A stretch of DNA of 64,000 nt from Eledone cirrhosa (GCA_964016885.1 OZ024755.1:33666001-33730000), one strand, 5' to 3'; shown: positions 11,802 through 25,524, numbered from the stretch's first letter. Notes: generated by a model not told the origin, from the sequence alone. Numbers and translations are program-made.

Positions 11802-12852
11802 ACGATGATGATGATGATGGTGGTGATGATGATGGTGATAATGATGGTGATGGTGATGGTGGTGATAATGATTCTGATGGTGATGGTGGTGATGATGGTG
11901 ATGATGGTGATAATGATGGTGATGGTGATAATGATGGTGATGGTGATAATGATGGTGATGGTGATGGTGGTGATGATGATAATGATGGTGATGGTGGTGA
12001 TGATGATGATGGTGATAATGATGGTGATGGTGATGGTGGTGATGATGATAATGATGGTGATGGTGGTGAAGATGATGGTGATGGTGATAATGATTCTGAT
12101 GGTGATGGTGGTGGTGGTGATGACGATGGTGGTGGTGATAATGATGGTGATGGTGGTGATGATGATGGTGATAATGATGGTGATAATGATGGTGATAATG
12201 ATGGTGATGGTGATGGTGATGATAACAATATGAGGAACTGTTGTCATTGACGCTGTTGTCGCCATTCCTGTCGCCATTTTCATCGGCATTCACATCAAGG
12301 CCATTATCAGCACAATCAGCATCTTCGCCGCTGTCATCGGTGTTATCACTGTCCTCATCGCCATCATCAGCAGCAGCAGCAGCAGCAACACCATCCCATC
12401 ATCATCACCATCATCACTATCAGCATCATTATCAGCATCACTATCAGCATCATTATCAGCATCATTGTCATCAATATCATCACCATCACCACCACCACCA
12501 CCATCATCATCACCATCACCACCATCATCACTACCAGCACCACCACCACCACCATCAGCACCACCATCACCATCACCATCACCACCATCACCACCACCAC
12601 CATCATCACCATCACCATCACCATCACCATCACCACCACCATCATCATCACCATCACCACCACCATCATCATCACTATCAGCACCACCACCATCATCACC
12701 ACCACCACCACCATCACCATCACCATCACCATCACAATCATCATCACCATCACCACCACCATCATCACCACTATCAGCACCACCACCACCATCATCACCA
12801 TCACCACCATCACCATCACCACCACCATCATCATCACTATCAGCACCACCAT

Positions 12853-12883
<31 letters not shown>

Positions 12884-12970
12884 ACCACCATCACCACCAC
12901 CATCATCATCACTATCAGCACCACCATCATCACCACCATCACCACCATCATCATCATCATCATCATCATA
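11802..12970. repeat. Opposed (GAT/GGT)n and (CAT/CAC)n trinucleotide arrays
   Basis: 11802-12225 and 12360-12970 have complementary composition around a ~130-bp spacer. Confidence 0.9.
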
Positions 12971-13026
12971 ACTGATATCATGATGATTGATCTGTTTCTG
13001 CTCCCCATTGGTAAAAGACACAGCAT

Positions 13027-13752
13027 TGTGGTGTGTGTGTGTGTTTGTGTGCGTGTATTAGTGTGTGTGTTTGTGTATGTGTGCGTGTGTATGCATGCGA
13101 GCGTGCGTGCATGTGTATATGTGCATGTGCGTGTGTGTGCGTATGTGTGTACACGTGTGTACGTGTGTGCACGTGTGTGTTTGTAGGTGTGTGTATGTGT
13201 GCGCGCGTGTGTGTATGTGTCCCTGTATGTATGTGTAAGTGTGTGTGTGCGTGTGTGGTGTTCGTTTGTTGGTGTGTGTATGTGCGCATGTGTATGTGTC
13301 CCTGTATGTATGTGTACGTGTGTGCATGTGTGGGTTTGTAGGTGTGTGTATGTGTGTACATGTGTGCATGTGTCCCTGTATGTATGTGTATGTGTGTGCA
13401 TGTGTGTCCATAGGTGTGTGTATGTGTGCATGTGTCCCTGTATGTATGTGTATGTGTGTGTTTGTTGGTGTGTGTATGTGCGCATGTGCGCACGTGTGTG
13501 TGTCCCTGTGTGTATGTGTGTGTGTGTGCGTATGTGTGTGTATATGTATATGTATGTGTATGTATGTGTGTGTGTGTGTGTGCGTATATATGTGTGTATA
13601 TGTATATGTATGTGTATGTATGTGTGTGTGTGCGTACGTGTATGTGTATATGTATGTGTAAATGTATGTGTTTGTGCGTATGTGTATATGTATGTGTATG
13701 TATGTGTGCGTGTGTGTGTGTATGTATGTGTGTATGTGTGTGTGTATGTGGT
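13027..13752. repeat. Degenerate (TG)n microsatellite
   Basis: TG repeat with a recurring tgtccctgta variant. Confidence 0.95.
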
Positions 13753-14245
13753 GAGAATAGTGGAGGAGAGGAGCGGTGTGGTGGGTAAGTAAGGCAAGTT
13801 AAAGCTATCTGCGAGATTTGGAGCCAAAATAGCTAACTGCATCAAAAGCTCACTAAGAACTACTAACAGGTTGCAACTTAACCAATGAGAACAAATGAAA
13901 ATTTGATTTAGTTAACAAAATAATAAATAATGAATAAATAAAAATTAAATAAAACACAACAAACCAAACAATAATCAAAGGAAAATAGGAAGCAGTACAA
14001 AGGAAGTTATTCTGTTAACTCCTCTCTTGCAATGACTCTTGTTGCAAATTGGCGAGGGGTGGGAGGGTGGGCTGTTTTTATTTTTTTTTATTTTTTTTTT
14101 ATTTATTAATTTTTTTTTGTTATTGTTTTTTGTTTTGTTTTATTACGTTTCTTTTGCATGTGTGTGTGAACATGTGTATGTGTGTATGTATATGTGTGCA
14201 TGTGTATGTGGGTATGTGTGGAAGAGAGAGAGATAGGGAGATAAA

Positions 14246-14283
<38 letters not shown>

Positions 14284-14438
14284 TAGGGAGAGAGTGTGTG
14301 TGTATGTGTGGAAAAGAGAGAGAGAGTGTGTGTGTGTGAGAGAGGGAGAAAAAGAGACCTGTTTGCTTTATGCTAGCATTTATATTTTTCAGTAAATCTT
14401 TCACTCAAATCTAATGTCCTGACAAAATATATGGTTAG

Positions 14439-15306
14439 TTAACCCTTTAAAAACATTTAAACAGGTCATATCCGGCCAGAATTCCCTCACTTCTTTCTAT
14501 TCAAACCACCCGTAATTGGATGTTCATACTAATGTTAAGGTATTTTTCTCAAAAATATCAAAATCTCGTAGATTTGATATTATGTGAGATAATTATGTGT
14601 GGTAAAGCCTTTGCTTTGTAAATACAATAGTATATATAGAGTAATGTAATTGTTATATGAGATATTATGTGAGGTAAAGCATTTACTTTGTAAATACAAT
14701 AGTATATATAGAGTAATGTAATTGTTATATGAGATATTATGTGAGGTAAAGCATTTACTTTGTAAATACAATAGTATATATAGAGTAATGTAAATGTTAT
14801 GTGAGATATAATGTGAGGTAAAGCCTTTACCACAAAAATACAATAGTATATATAGAGTAATGTAAATGTTATGAGAGATATTATGAGGTAAAACCCTTAC
14901 CATGAAAATACAATAGTAAATATAGAATAATGTAAATGTTATGTGAGATATAATGTGAGGTAAAGCCTTTACCACAAAAATACAATAGTATATATAGAGT
15001 AATGTAAATGTTATGTGAAATATTGTGAGGTAAAGCCTTTACTGTGAAAATACAATAGTATATATAGAGTAATGTAAATGTTATGTGAGATATTATGTGA
15101 GGTAAAGCCTTTACCATGAAAATACAATAGTATATATAGAGTAATGAAAATGTTATGTAAGATATTATGTGAGGTAAAGCCTTAATGTGAAAATACAATA
15201 GTATATATAGAGTAATGTAAATGTTATGTGAGATATTATGTGAGGTAAAGCCTTTACTGTGAAAATATAATAGTATATATAGAGTAATGTAAATGTTAAA
15301 GGGTTA
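14439..15306 (-). mobile_element. piggyBac-type MITE containing 10 internal tandem copies of a 70-72-bp subterminal segment
   Basis: Both MITE ends are present; aatacaatagtatatatagagtaatgtaa-type unit at 14621, 14693, 14765, 14837, 14907, 14979, 15049, 15121, 15192, 15264. Confidence 0.9.
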
Positions 15307-15566
15307 CAAAGTATTACATTTTACAGGACATCATGATCATTATTTTTCTAGTTCACAGAAATATTCAATCATTTTTAAAATATCCTGATACATATCAAAT
15401 ATCTTCTTGTCTATATTTGTAAAATTCATTTGATAAATGGATATTATTTTGATAAGTGAGAGTTTAAAAATAGTTTTAATTCTACGATTCTGATATTTGT
15501 TTAAACCCTATTTTCATGTTATGTTGATATTTTGATATACCTTAATTATGAATCATGATAAATTAT

Positions 15567-15839
15567 TTAACCTGTTGACTGCCGTGTATATTTTACACCG
15601 CTACAGTTGCTGTGCTGGTTTTTTTTCCAAGTAAAATGACTATTTTTTTTAAACAAACATTTATTAACAACACATCTGAATGAATGACAAACATCACATC
15701 AATAAAACTAGCAACGCCATCTAGCTTTGAAGTTATGAACCGTTGGAAACATGTTCATAACTTTGAAGTTATGTACTGTTGGAAAAGAGTTCAAATATGT
15801 TAGGATAAGTTATCTTGTCTACAGTACTGAAGCGGTTAA
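15567..15839. mobile_element. Second TTAA-flanked non-autonomous element; reverse copy at ~37680-37860
   Basis: TTAA|CC...GG|TTAA with imperfect TIRs; the interior matches the reverse complement of 37745-37858. Confidence 0.55.
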
Positions 15840-16046
15840 TGTTTAAAACTTATATGTTACAGAGATACCTTAATAGGGAAACATAGCTATAACCTATATG
15901 ATACTAGATGTCACCCTATATCACACACATACTTTGCCTTCTCATGAATATATTTCTAATAATATACACTATCTATGTGTTTCAGTTAATTTCAAAAGCA
16001 ATCAAGAATTTACAAGATTTTACTAAAATATCTGTCTTCTCCATCA

Positions 16047-16446
16047 TTAACTCTTTAGCATTTAAGCCAGCTGTATCCAACCAAAATTCTCTCACTTATT
16101 TCTCTGCAAACCGGCTGTAACTGGTTGCTCATTCTGATGTTAAATTATTGTTCTCAAAATAAATAATATCAAAATCTCATAGATTTGATATTATATGTAT
16201 TGGCAGTATCGGTAGAGAGTCGGACGTCATGCTTTCCAGCATAGTTATGTCTCTTTACAGTCCGAGTTCAAATCCCGCCAAGGTTAACTTTGCCTTTCAT
16301 CCTTATGGGGTCGATAAAATAAAGTACCAGTAATGTAGTGGGTAATTGCTGGCCTTGTGCCAAAAGTAGAAACAATTATATGAGATAATTATGTAAGATA
16401 AAGCCTTTACAGAAAATATAGATTATTGTAAATGCTAAAGGGTTAA
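16047..16446 (-). mobile_element. piggyBac-type MITE interrupted by SINE B (16199-16378, +)
   Basis: MITE halves resume on both sides of the SINE. Confidence 0.85.
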
Positions 16447-16678
16447 ACATATGTTTGGAATGTAACTTAACTAAAGTCTCTTCAATACAATTATGATAAA
16501 ATGTTTAATTTACATATAAACAATCTAAAATGGATGGATTTGGTTTATATAACCAAGGATGTTCTCAGACAGGTTGACATCATAAGGGTTAACGCCTATA
16601 CGTTATTCCCAAGTGAATATTAAAAAAATAAAACGAGAGTATATACTGTAGTTCTAGAACAAAAAGATACTGTTATCG

Positions 16679-16929
16679 TTAACCCTTTATCATTCACATT
16701 ACTCTATATATACTATTATATTTTCATGGTGAAAGCTTTACCTCACATAATATCTTACATAATATCTTACATAATATTGAATCTATGAGATTTTGAAAGT
16801 ATTTCTTTTGAGAACAATACCTTAACATCTGTATGAGTGGCCAGTTACAGCCAGTTTCAACAGAAAGAGGTAGAGAATTCTGACCAGTTTTGGCCGGTTT
16901 TGGCTGGTTTAAAAACATTAAAGGGTTAA
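16679..16929 (+). mobile_element. piggyBac-type MITE monomer
   Basis: ttaaccctttatcatt...aaagggttaa. Confidence 0.85.
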
Positions 16930-19782
16930 GGCAAGAACATCTTTGAAAATAGGTTTGTTAGATCGGAGCTAACATGGGGCTAAATAACAACATATACATG
17001 CTACTTAAGCTTAGTAAAAACATTTATATGCCCTAAAGGGTGGAATTTGACATGTGTTTGGAACCTACATTTTCTTTCTCCTCTTAAGTGTTGTAGTAAG
17101 TTTTCTAGGTACTGGCTTTTGCTATTAAATATAATGAGTTTGTGTAAGCATGTATTAATATGTATGAAGCAAGGTAGAATTATGATTAAAGTTATTCTAG
17201 TCTTTCTTATTGTGCTATGTTTTGAGACAAAATATATCTAGAACTACATTATGTAATGTTTCTTTCCTTTTATAAGCTGGTACGCTTTGATCGTCTAATA
17301 TTGAAATAATGTTTCTTCAAATCACTTTAATCTTGGAACATTATCCAGGATTTAAAGAATCATTATTTCAAAACAGGACGTGCTATTACTAGCTGTCTCT
17401 TTGAAAGTAAAGGAAAACGATTTAAAGAAACATTATTTAAATACTGGACATAGTATTATTTTTTCCTTTGAAAATAGAGAAAAATAATTTGAAGAGACTT
17501 CATTGCAATATTGGATGTACCATTATTCAGGAACTGAAGAAATATTATCTTAAAACTGAGAGAATACCTTGATGTCTGGCAGTAGCATCCTTAGGGATAA
17601 ATGGGTACACTGGTTTTCACTTGATTCTTAATTCTAGGTTCAGAATATTTTTCAACCATACTCCAAGAACTGCTAAACTTAGTGAGGGACAGGTTACTTG
17701 GATATGCACTGTCAAGTATTTCTAAGGCCCCATGATGGACACACAGTTTAGAGTGGCACCCCGATCACTCACTGCACCATTTACAGGAAGTAGTTTAATT
17801 GAAGGTTTGATCGGGGTATATAAGACAAGGGTTTAGTTGGTATGTCAGTCTGAAGTGCAGAGAGTTTAAAAAAGGTCCATGAATATTTCATTCCCCATTC
17901 TCTCTCTCAAACATAAAGGAAGTCTCTCAGCCCCTTTCAATTGTGAGAGGAAACATCTCTTCCTGAGCACTGAAAGAAGACTTGTTCCACCTTGCAAAAT
18001 TTCTTTTCAAGGCCCTAAATTTAATTTCAAGGAAATTTGACTATTAATTCTATGAGATCAAGTGATTATGTAGGGACTCCCTCATTATTTTATGTATATT
18101 TTATGATTCTACTTGCCAATAATGAATTCTCAAGATCATAAATGATTGAAGGAGGTTCAAATGTAAGATGTTGAATTCTGTTATTCATTTACGTTTTTCC
18201 CTCATAAGACTGTAGCTATGTTGTAGCCCTGCCTTCATTGACATTAAGTCAATTATATTAACCACAGTATTTCATCCCCCAGTACTTCACCTGTTACCCA
18301 TTGATTTCTATTTATTGTATGTCTATGTTTACCTGAGTCACGATGTCCTCTTACAGAATTAAATTCACCAATTTATATCAATATGAGCACAAAACACACA
18401 CACATACACACTCACTCACACACATGCACACACAAAAGTACACTTGTTTTTTTTTTGGGGGGGGGGGGGAGAGTTTTTTCAATAGGGAAAGAAAACAATT
18501 AGTTTCTATTTATGGTATGGCTATGATCACCTGAGTCATGTCCCCTTACAGAATTAGTGCGCTTTTACAAAATTAAATTCATCAAATTTATATCAATATG
18601 AACACAAACACACACACATTCACACAAAAGTACACTTTCTTGGGCTCTTTTCAATAGGGAAAGAGAACTTAATATGTAAAGCAGAGTCTTCATTACAATC
18701 CTCATATTAGTGACACACCATCCTGGCACAAATCCAAACTGTATCTCATTTAATCTAATTCTATTCCTAATCTGTCAGGCTAAAACTATTTCTGTTATTT
18801 TCATCACATGATCCATTAGTTTGATGCCTCTGTAATTGCTCTTTTCTAGAATATCACCTATTCCATTGCAGCAATTAGTGATTATCATACTGTGCCAGTC
18901 ATTTGGTATGACACCAACATGTATTACCTGGTTGACTATGTAAGGCACTAGCTCAAGACTTTCTTCATTGGATATTTTCTAAGGGCCTGATGACTTTCCC
19001 CCTTTTCATATCCTTAATGACTTCTTTGATGTTATTACTATCAAACCTGAGAGTTGGTCCCTCTAATACAGTAGTTCCCAAAGTGGGTTCCACAGAACCC
19101 AAGAGTTGTGCAAATGAAGTGTCTGAGGTTCCATGAAAAAAGGTAGAGGAGTATATTTATGTTATATATACAAGTACATGACAGGCCTCCATATAGCCTC
19201 TGTCTACCAAACATGATCTATAAAATGAAGCCTATACCTGCTCATGATGCCATACATTATGATGACTGAATCCCAAACCATGTAACTACAAAGGAAACTC
19301 CTCAACTACTCCGGTCAGAATCTATTGAAAAATAAAATCTATTATCCCCAGTTTCATGAGAAACATAAAGTCATTGTAAAGACATTTCTCTGTTGGAATT
19401 TGATCAAACACTCTAGCTTAGCATCTGTTAAATTCTGCTTCGCTTTGTGTACTTACCTATTGTATTAAGAGAGATAGCTTCATAATGGAGTGAAATCTGG
19501 TACAGCTAGAATGCTAAAGACCAGCATGCATTAAAATAACAAAAATACCTTCAAGGTATCCTTATCATATTTATGTCATGTTCCTCAAAATTCTACTATG
19601 GCTAATTCTTCTTTTCTGTTTAGAAAAATGTTTTTAAAAAATTATCAAAAGAGATTTTATGAAGAAGGATTGGAAATTATTACTAATAAATTATTCAAGG
19701 TTTTATACCCCCTGCCATAAAATTGCACTAAACTCACACAAGAGCCTAACCATATGTAACATACGCGCACACACACATACAT

Positions 19783-19816
<34 letters not shown>

Positions 19817-19952
19817 TCCATCTGTTTTGGAAGATGTGCAGTTGTGGGAAATTTTATAAATGCTTTCCTTATATATATATAACATTCCTGCAGAACCTCA
19901 CAAGCATTGTATAATGAGATAAATCTATCTATCCCTCCTCTATCTATAATGA

Positions 19953-19965
19953 ATATATATATATA

Positions 19966-19999
<34 letters not shown>

Positions 20000-20011
20000 T
20001 GTATATATATA

Positions 20012-20051
<40 letters not shown>

Positions 20052-20057
20052 GTATTG

Positions 20058-20089
<32 letters not shown>

Positions 20090-20158
20090 ATATATATATG
20101 TATTATATATATATATATTATATATATATATATATATATATGTATTATATATATATAT

Positions 20159-20189
<31 letters not shown>

Positions 20190-20216
20190 ATGTATTGTAT
20201 ATATATATATATATAT

Positions 20217-20247
<31 letters not shown>

Positions 20248-20305
20248 TGTATATATATATATATTATATTATATATATATATATATATTGTATATATATA
20301 TATAT

Positions 20306-20338
<33 letters not shown>

Positions 20339-20393
20339 GTATATGTATGTATATATATTATATATATAATATATATACATATATATGTATATA

Positions 20394-20432
<39 letters not shown>

Positions 20433-20433
20433 G

Positions 20434-20479
<46 letters not shown>

Positions 20480-20510
20480 ATATGTATATATATATATGTA
20501 TATATATATG

Positions 20511-20555
<45 letters not shown>

Positions 20556-20836
20556 ATATATATATATATGTATATATGTATATATATATACATATATATA
20601 CACATATATATATATACATACATATATATATACATATACATATATACATACAGATATATATACATATATATACACATATATATACATACATATATATACA
20701 TATATATACATTCATATATATACATACATATATATATACACAAACATATATATACATATATATATATACACATATATATACATATATATACACACACATA
20801 TATTTACACATATATATATACACACATATATATATA
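19953..20836. repeat. Long (TA)n-based microsatellite
   Basis: TA with tg/tt interruptions, switching to ca interruptions near 20590. Confidence 0.95.
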
Positions 20837-20840
20837 AGCA

Positions 20841-20933
20841 AAAATGGTATATTAGAGAAATGTGTGTTAGGTTAGGCAAGATCTGTGTGTAGAATTATAT
20901 ACATACACACATGCATGTATGTATGTATCTCTC

Positions 20934-20965
<32 letters not shown>

Positions 20966-21047
20966 CATATATATATATACACACACACACATATATATAT
21001 ATATATATGCATACATACATACGTGGATGTGTGTATGTATCTATCTA

Positions 21048-21097
<50 letters not shown>

Positions 21098-21214
21098 CAT
21101 ATATATATATACACACACACACATATATATATATATAGATGCATGTGTGTATGTATATAGTTCTACACACACATCTTACCTAACCTAACACACATTTCTT
21201 TAATATACCATTTT
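20841..21214. repeat. Inverted repeat (~75-bp arms) around a microsatellite spacer
   Basis: aaaatggtatattagagaaatgtgtgttaggttagg... versus ...cctaacctaacacacatttctttaatataccatttt. Confidence 0.85.
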
Positions 21215-21906
21215 TACTTTTTATTTTTAATGTAAATTAAGAGTCGAATTCTAAGCTTTAAAAAATCTTTGGCTTCAATATTCTCCTTTTAAAATCTTTT
21301 TCTATCATTTTACTTACTCTCTCTGTCTATATTCACGTATTGATTTATTGATAAGGATGTAAGGTTCAAATCACACATTGCAGGCATTAAAAATAGTTTT
21401 AGTGAGTTAAGTTAAAAGAACTTTCTCTACATTTCTCTTCTACCTCTACATATCACTGTCTTTTATAAACTGCTGTTTTCAATTCAAGGTGATGTTAATC
21501 CTCAATGACTTTGTCTGAGTAGCTCTATAGTGGATTCTGTACCAAATATCAAGCAACATTCACTTTCGTATTCTTAGTTAAGTAGATCTACACCTCGAAT
21601 AATATTCAAACATTTTTCTTACAAGTGAAGAAGGCGAGAAGCGTAATAATGATAATATTAATAATAAAAATATATTCTCCCAGAAACGACTAATATTTCT
21701 AAATTTCAAAGTAATCTTTTATTGGTAACATACTTTTGTTTAAACTTTTAAAGAAATGATAGTGTGATAGACTATGTGTGTTTGTGTTAGTGTGTGTGTG
21801 TTATTACTAGTAATTGCAACCAGTCTTCTCTCTCTTTCTCTCTCTCTCTATATATATATACATACATATATATACATATATATACATATATATACATATA
21901 TATATA

Positions 21907-22660
21907 TCTGTATATATATAAAGACGAAGTTTTCTGTATGTGTGTGTATGTGTGTGTGGACAATTTTTAATGAGGGCTCATATATTCTAAACCATTCATG
22001 CGATTTCTTTGAAATTTTTTACAGAGCTTCTCCTTGCACAAAACCTGTATATGATCTACAAAGGCTTTCAAAAATCGATATTGGGGCCTTTGGAGACATT
22101 AAAATAGTTTCGGTTATCTGTATCAATTTTCGTGATTAAGTAAGACAAGAGTTATCTTTAAGTAAGACAAGAGTTATCTTTTGTAATTCGGCTCATTCAG
22201 ATTTAATTTACTCTTTGTACTTGAAACAAAGGTACACTTCCTTGAGACTAACAATATCATTTTGTATATTTCACAACCAGCAATTTCTAACTGATTACTA
22301 AGTTAAGTTATAGATTTGACATTGTATAATTTATTGTCAGTTCCCCCCTGTTATGTCCAATCTGTATTGTTATTCCAGCTTATGTACGTAATAGGGTCTA
22401 TTATTCACTTCACTTCTCTATTTCATGATGCGCTTTTACTGTTGTAAAAAAAATGTATACCTAGACTGGATTTCTGTTGTTACATGGGATAACGGATGAC
22501 ACCGAGCTCACATATTAATTATTTCGCTGGAATAGTGCCTAACGTTTTCATGTTTACATAAAGTACATTTTTCTTCTACGTATTCAAATTTACTTTGTTT
22601 AGTTTAATGAGCTGCATCGAAAGCTACTTGAACCATCCAAAGGACGGGTAGATTAGCTAG
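21907..22660 (+). mobile_element. Non-autonomous Helitron
   Basis: A|TC..tatatatataaa start, TG microsatellite near the 5' end, subterminal hairpin ccatcc-aaa-ggacggg, CTAG|T end. Confidence 0.75.
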
Positions 22661-22677
22661 TATATATATATAGAAAC

Positions 22678-22723
<46 letters not shown>

Positions 22724-22749
22724 ATACACACATACAAATATATATCGTG

Positions 22750-23120
22750 ACCTCTGGCATCATGCAGTAATACAGAAGACCCAACTTCCCACGGCTACAA
22801 GCCGAAGCTGAAGTATATAGACAATATGCCCCCACACCCTCCCACTGCAAAGTGGGCGTGAAGGTAGGTGCCATGGCAAAAAAGCACCCAGCCCACACTG
22901 TAAAGTGGTCATGTAGGTGCCACGGAGAAAAAGCACCCAGCACTCACTGTACATGAGGTTGGTGTTAGGAAGGGCATCCAGCTGTAGAAATCAAGCCAGA
23001 ATCAGTTCCTGTATGAGCAAGACATGGTCAGCCGACCAGACATGGCCCACAACAGGACAACCCGTCTAACCCATGCTAACGTGGAAGAATGGACGTATGA
23101 TGATGACGATGATGATGATG
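22750..23120 (+). mobile_element. 3' fragment of RTE-B / SINE type with tail B
   Basis: cactgtaaagtggtc repeats, gttggtgttaggaagggcatccagctg, cccgtctaacccatgctaacgtgg...(gat)n. Confidence 0.8.
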
Positions 23121-23185
23121 AAGAAACATAAGCAAAAGTATGTTACCAATAAGAGATTACTTTGAAATTTAGAAATACTAGTCGT

Positions 23186-23265
23186 TTGGCAGGTGAACAG
23201 TGAGCTGTACTGATGAAGGGGGATACCCAGAAACATTAGTGTCTGCAGTTCTGTTTACATGCCAA
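23186..23265 (+). ncRNA. Type I hammerhead ribozyme with canonical GUC site
   Basis: gagcugua CUGAUGA a-ggg-ggaua-ccc-a GAAA CA-uuag-UG UC ugcaguuc; stem I extends through gugaaca/uguuuac and uuggca/ugccaa (~20 bp). Predicted cut after 23243. Confidence 0.88.
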
Positions 23266-23417
23266 CACAAGAGCAAGGATGAAGGGTTCATTCTACTGAC
23301 ATGGCTATAAAATTGAGGCTTGTTTGCATAATTCCAAACGAATAGAATGTTATTATTAATATTCGAAAAACTCAGATTACATTTATTGTATTCAGCTATG
23401 TAGAGCGAAAAATATTC

Positions 23418-23475
<58 letters not shown>

Positions 23476-23514
23476 TCATCATTGTTGTTTTGTTTTACAT
23501 CTGTTTTTCATGCT

Positions 23515-24214
23515 GGCATATATATATGAGCATGCTATATATATATATATATATACTTCTATGAACATGCTATGTATATATACTTCTATGAGCATGTTAT
23601 GTATATATACTTCTATGAGCATGTTATGTATATATACTTCTATGTGCATTCTACGTACATATATATACTTCTATGAGCATGCTATGTATATATACTTCTA
23701 TGAGCATGTTATGTATATATACTTCTATGTGCATTCTACGTACATATATATACTTCTATGAGCATGCTATGTACATATACTTCTATGAGCATGTTATGTA
23801 TATATACTTCTATGAGCATGTTATGTATATATACTTTTATGAGCATGTTATGTATATATACTTCTATGAGCATGTTATGTATATATACTTCTATGAGCAT
23901 GTTATGTATATATACTTCTATGAGCATGTTATGTATATATACTTCTATGTGCATTCTACGTACATATATATACTTCTATGAGCATGCTATGTATATATAC
24001 TTCTATGAGCATGTTATGTATATATACTTCTATGTGCATTCTACGTACATATATATACTTCTATGAGCATGCTATGTACATATACTTCTATGAGCATGCT
24101 ATGTACATATACTTCTATGAGCATGTTATGTATATATACTTCTATGTGCATTCTACGTACATATATATACTTCTATGAGCATGCTATGTATATATACTTC
24201 TATGAGCATGCTAT
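23515..24214. repeat. Minisatellite with 27-bp and 31-bp variant units
   Basis: tatatacttctatgagcatgttatgta interspersed with tatatacttctatgtgcattctacgtacata. Confidence 0.95.
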
Positions 24215-24562
24215 CTTAATGATATTGCATTTGATGTTGAGTTTCGTATAAGTTGGTTTTCTACTCTTAAGACAGTTGTATAGCTTGTGATAATTTGGCT
24301 GGTTATTTCCAACTTGAGTGAATCAGTTATGAAAACCATCTATCTGTCTTGGTATATATCATTGGTCCCCCCATACTGCTGAGACTCCTCTGCAAGATTG
24401 GAATGTCAACAGTCTGTTCGAAGAAGGTGTCTCGTGAGGTGGGGTGGCTGTAGCTGTGGGTGTCACTGGCTATTGTTGACAGGAATACTTTTTTTCCAAA
24501 TTCTTCATTAATTATTCGCTAACCATTTCTAAACAAAGCCTGCTTTGTGTCTCCATATATAT

Positions 24563-24597
<35 letters not shown>

Positions 24598-24790
24598 AGA
24601 TAAATCTACAAAAATAAACGGTAGTGTCTAATCCGTATGAAGAACTCAATGTAATCCAAATATAGGAGATATCATGAAAAGAGAAAATGCATTCAAAATT
24701 TAACGATAAAAATCATAGGAAATCAGAGTCAAGATAAATTAATAAAAACAATGAAATAAAAACAAAGAACAGGTTCCTTGTATTGAAAAA

Positions 24791-24922
24791 TTCATCATTT
24801 TACGATCGTTTCTGTGTGTTGGTATGTATAACATATTAAAGATGTATGTAAAAAAATATTACAAATTATCAGAGGAGATATACATACTTTCACATTTACA
24901 TGCCATCTTCAGAAATGATGAA
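24791..24922 (-). ncRNA. Type I hammerhead ribozyme with long imperfect stem II
   Basis: Minus strand: uucaucauuu CUGAAGA (~93 nt) GAA ACGAUCGU A aaaugaugaa; 10-bp stem I, GUA site. Confidence 0.72.
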
Positions 24923-25524
24923 GTATGTTTATTGAAAGATGGCATTAATATTTTAAAGTAGCTGTGTTATATGAAAGGGTTAAAGTTAGGTTTCAACATA
25001 TTCTAATAGAGGTATATAGAAATGAAGCACAAATAATATATTTATCATTGTTCCTATCCATTTCACAATTTTTATGTTATTTCTAAGCAGTCATTTAAAT
25101 ATAGTGGTTTTATTTAAAGCTCAAGTATATCTTGAAATGTTTTCAATGCACCACTGCACTCTACTGTAAGGTTTCTAAGAAATTACTTCTCTTCCTGTAA
25201 ATGATAGATATGATGCCTGCATTTAATACAACTAGCAGAAAGATTTAGGAAAATATTTTAACCTATTCTCAGTGACTACAGCATAAAGGTTTGAAGGGGA
25301 TTTAATTAATGCAAATATGACAACTATTGAATGAGAGAATGAATATGTATTACCATATAAAGAATACTTGTCATAGGTATTGCTTGATGTATAGGAAAGC
25401 AAGTATCATAGTATGGTTATATAATGAAAACATGTGATAAAGACTGATTACAAATGTTGTTTTGAGAACAGTTACAACCAATATCTGTCTGTTTCTGGGG
25501 GCCATCTTTATTCATTCTCTTTTA

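Noticed and set aside
11601-13845. Poly-His, Pro/Ser and Gly/Asp ORFs up to 492 aa
   Set aside because: Trinucleotide arrays open in many frames, with no unique coding flanks or splice evidence.
18986-18992. CTGATGA hammerhead core
   Set aside because: Lies in an RTE ORF relic, with no GAAA or stems.
21625-21700. GTGAAGA...GAAACGACTA as a hammerhead
   Set aside because: The first core C is absent and stem I does not pair.
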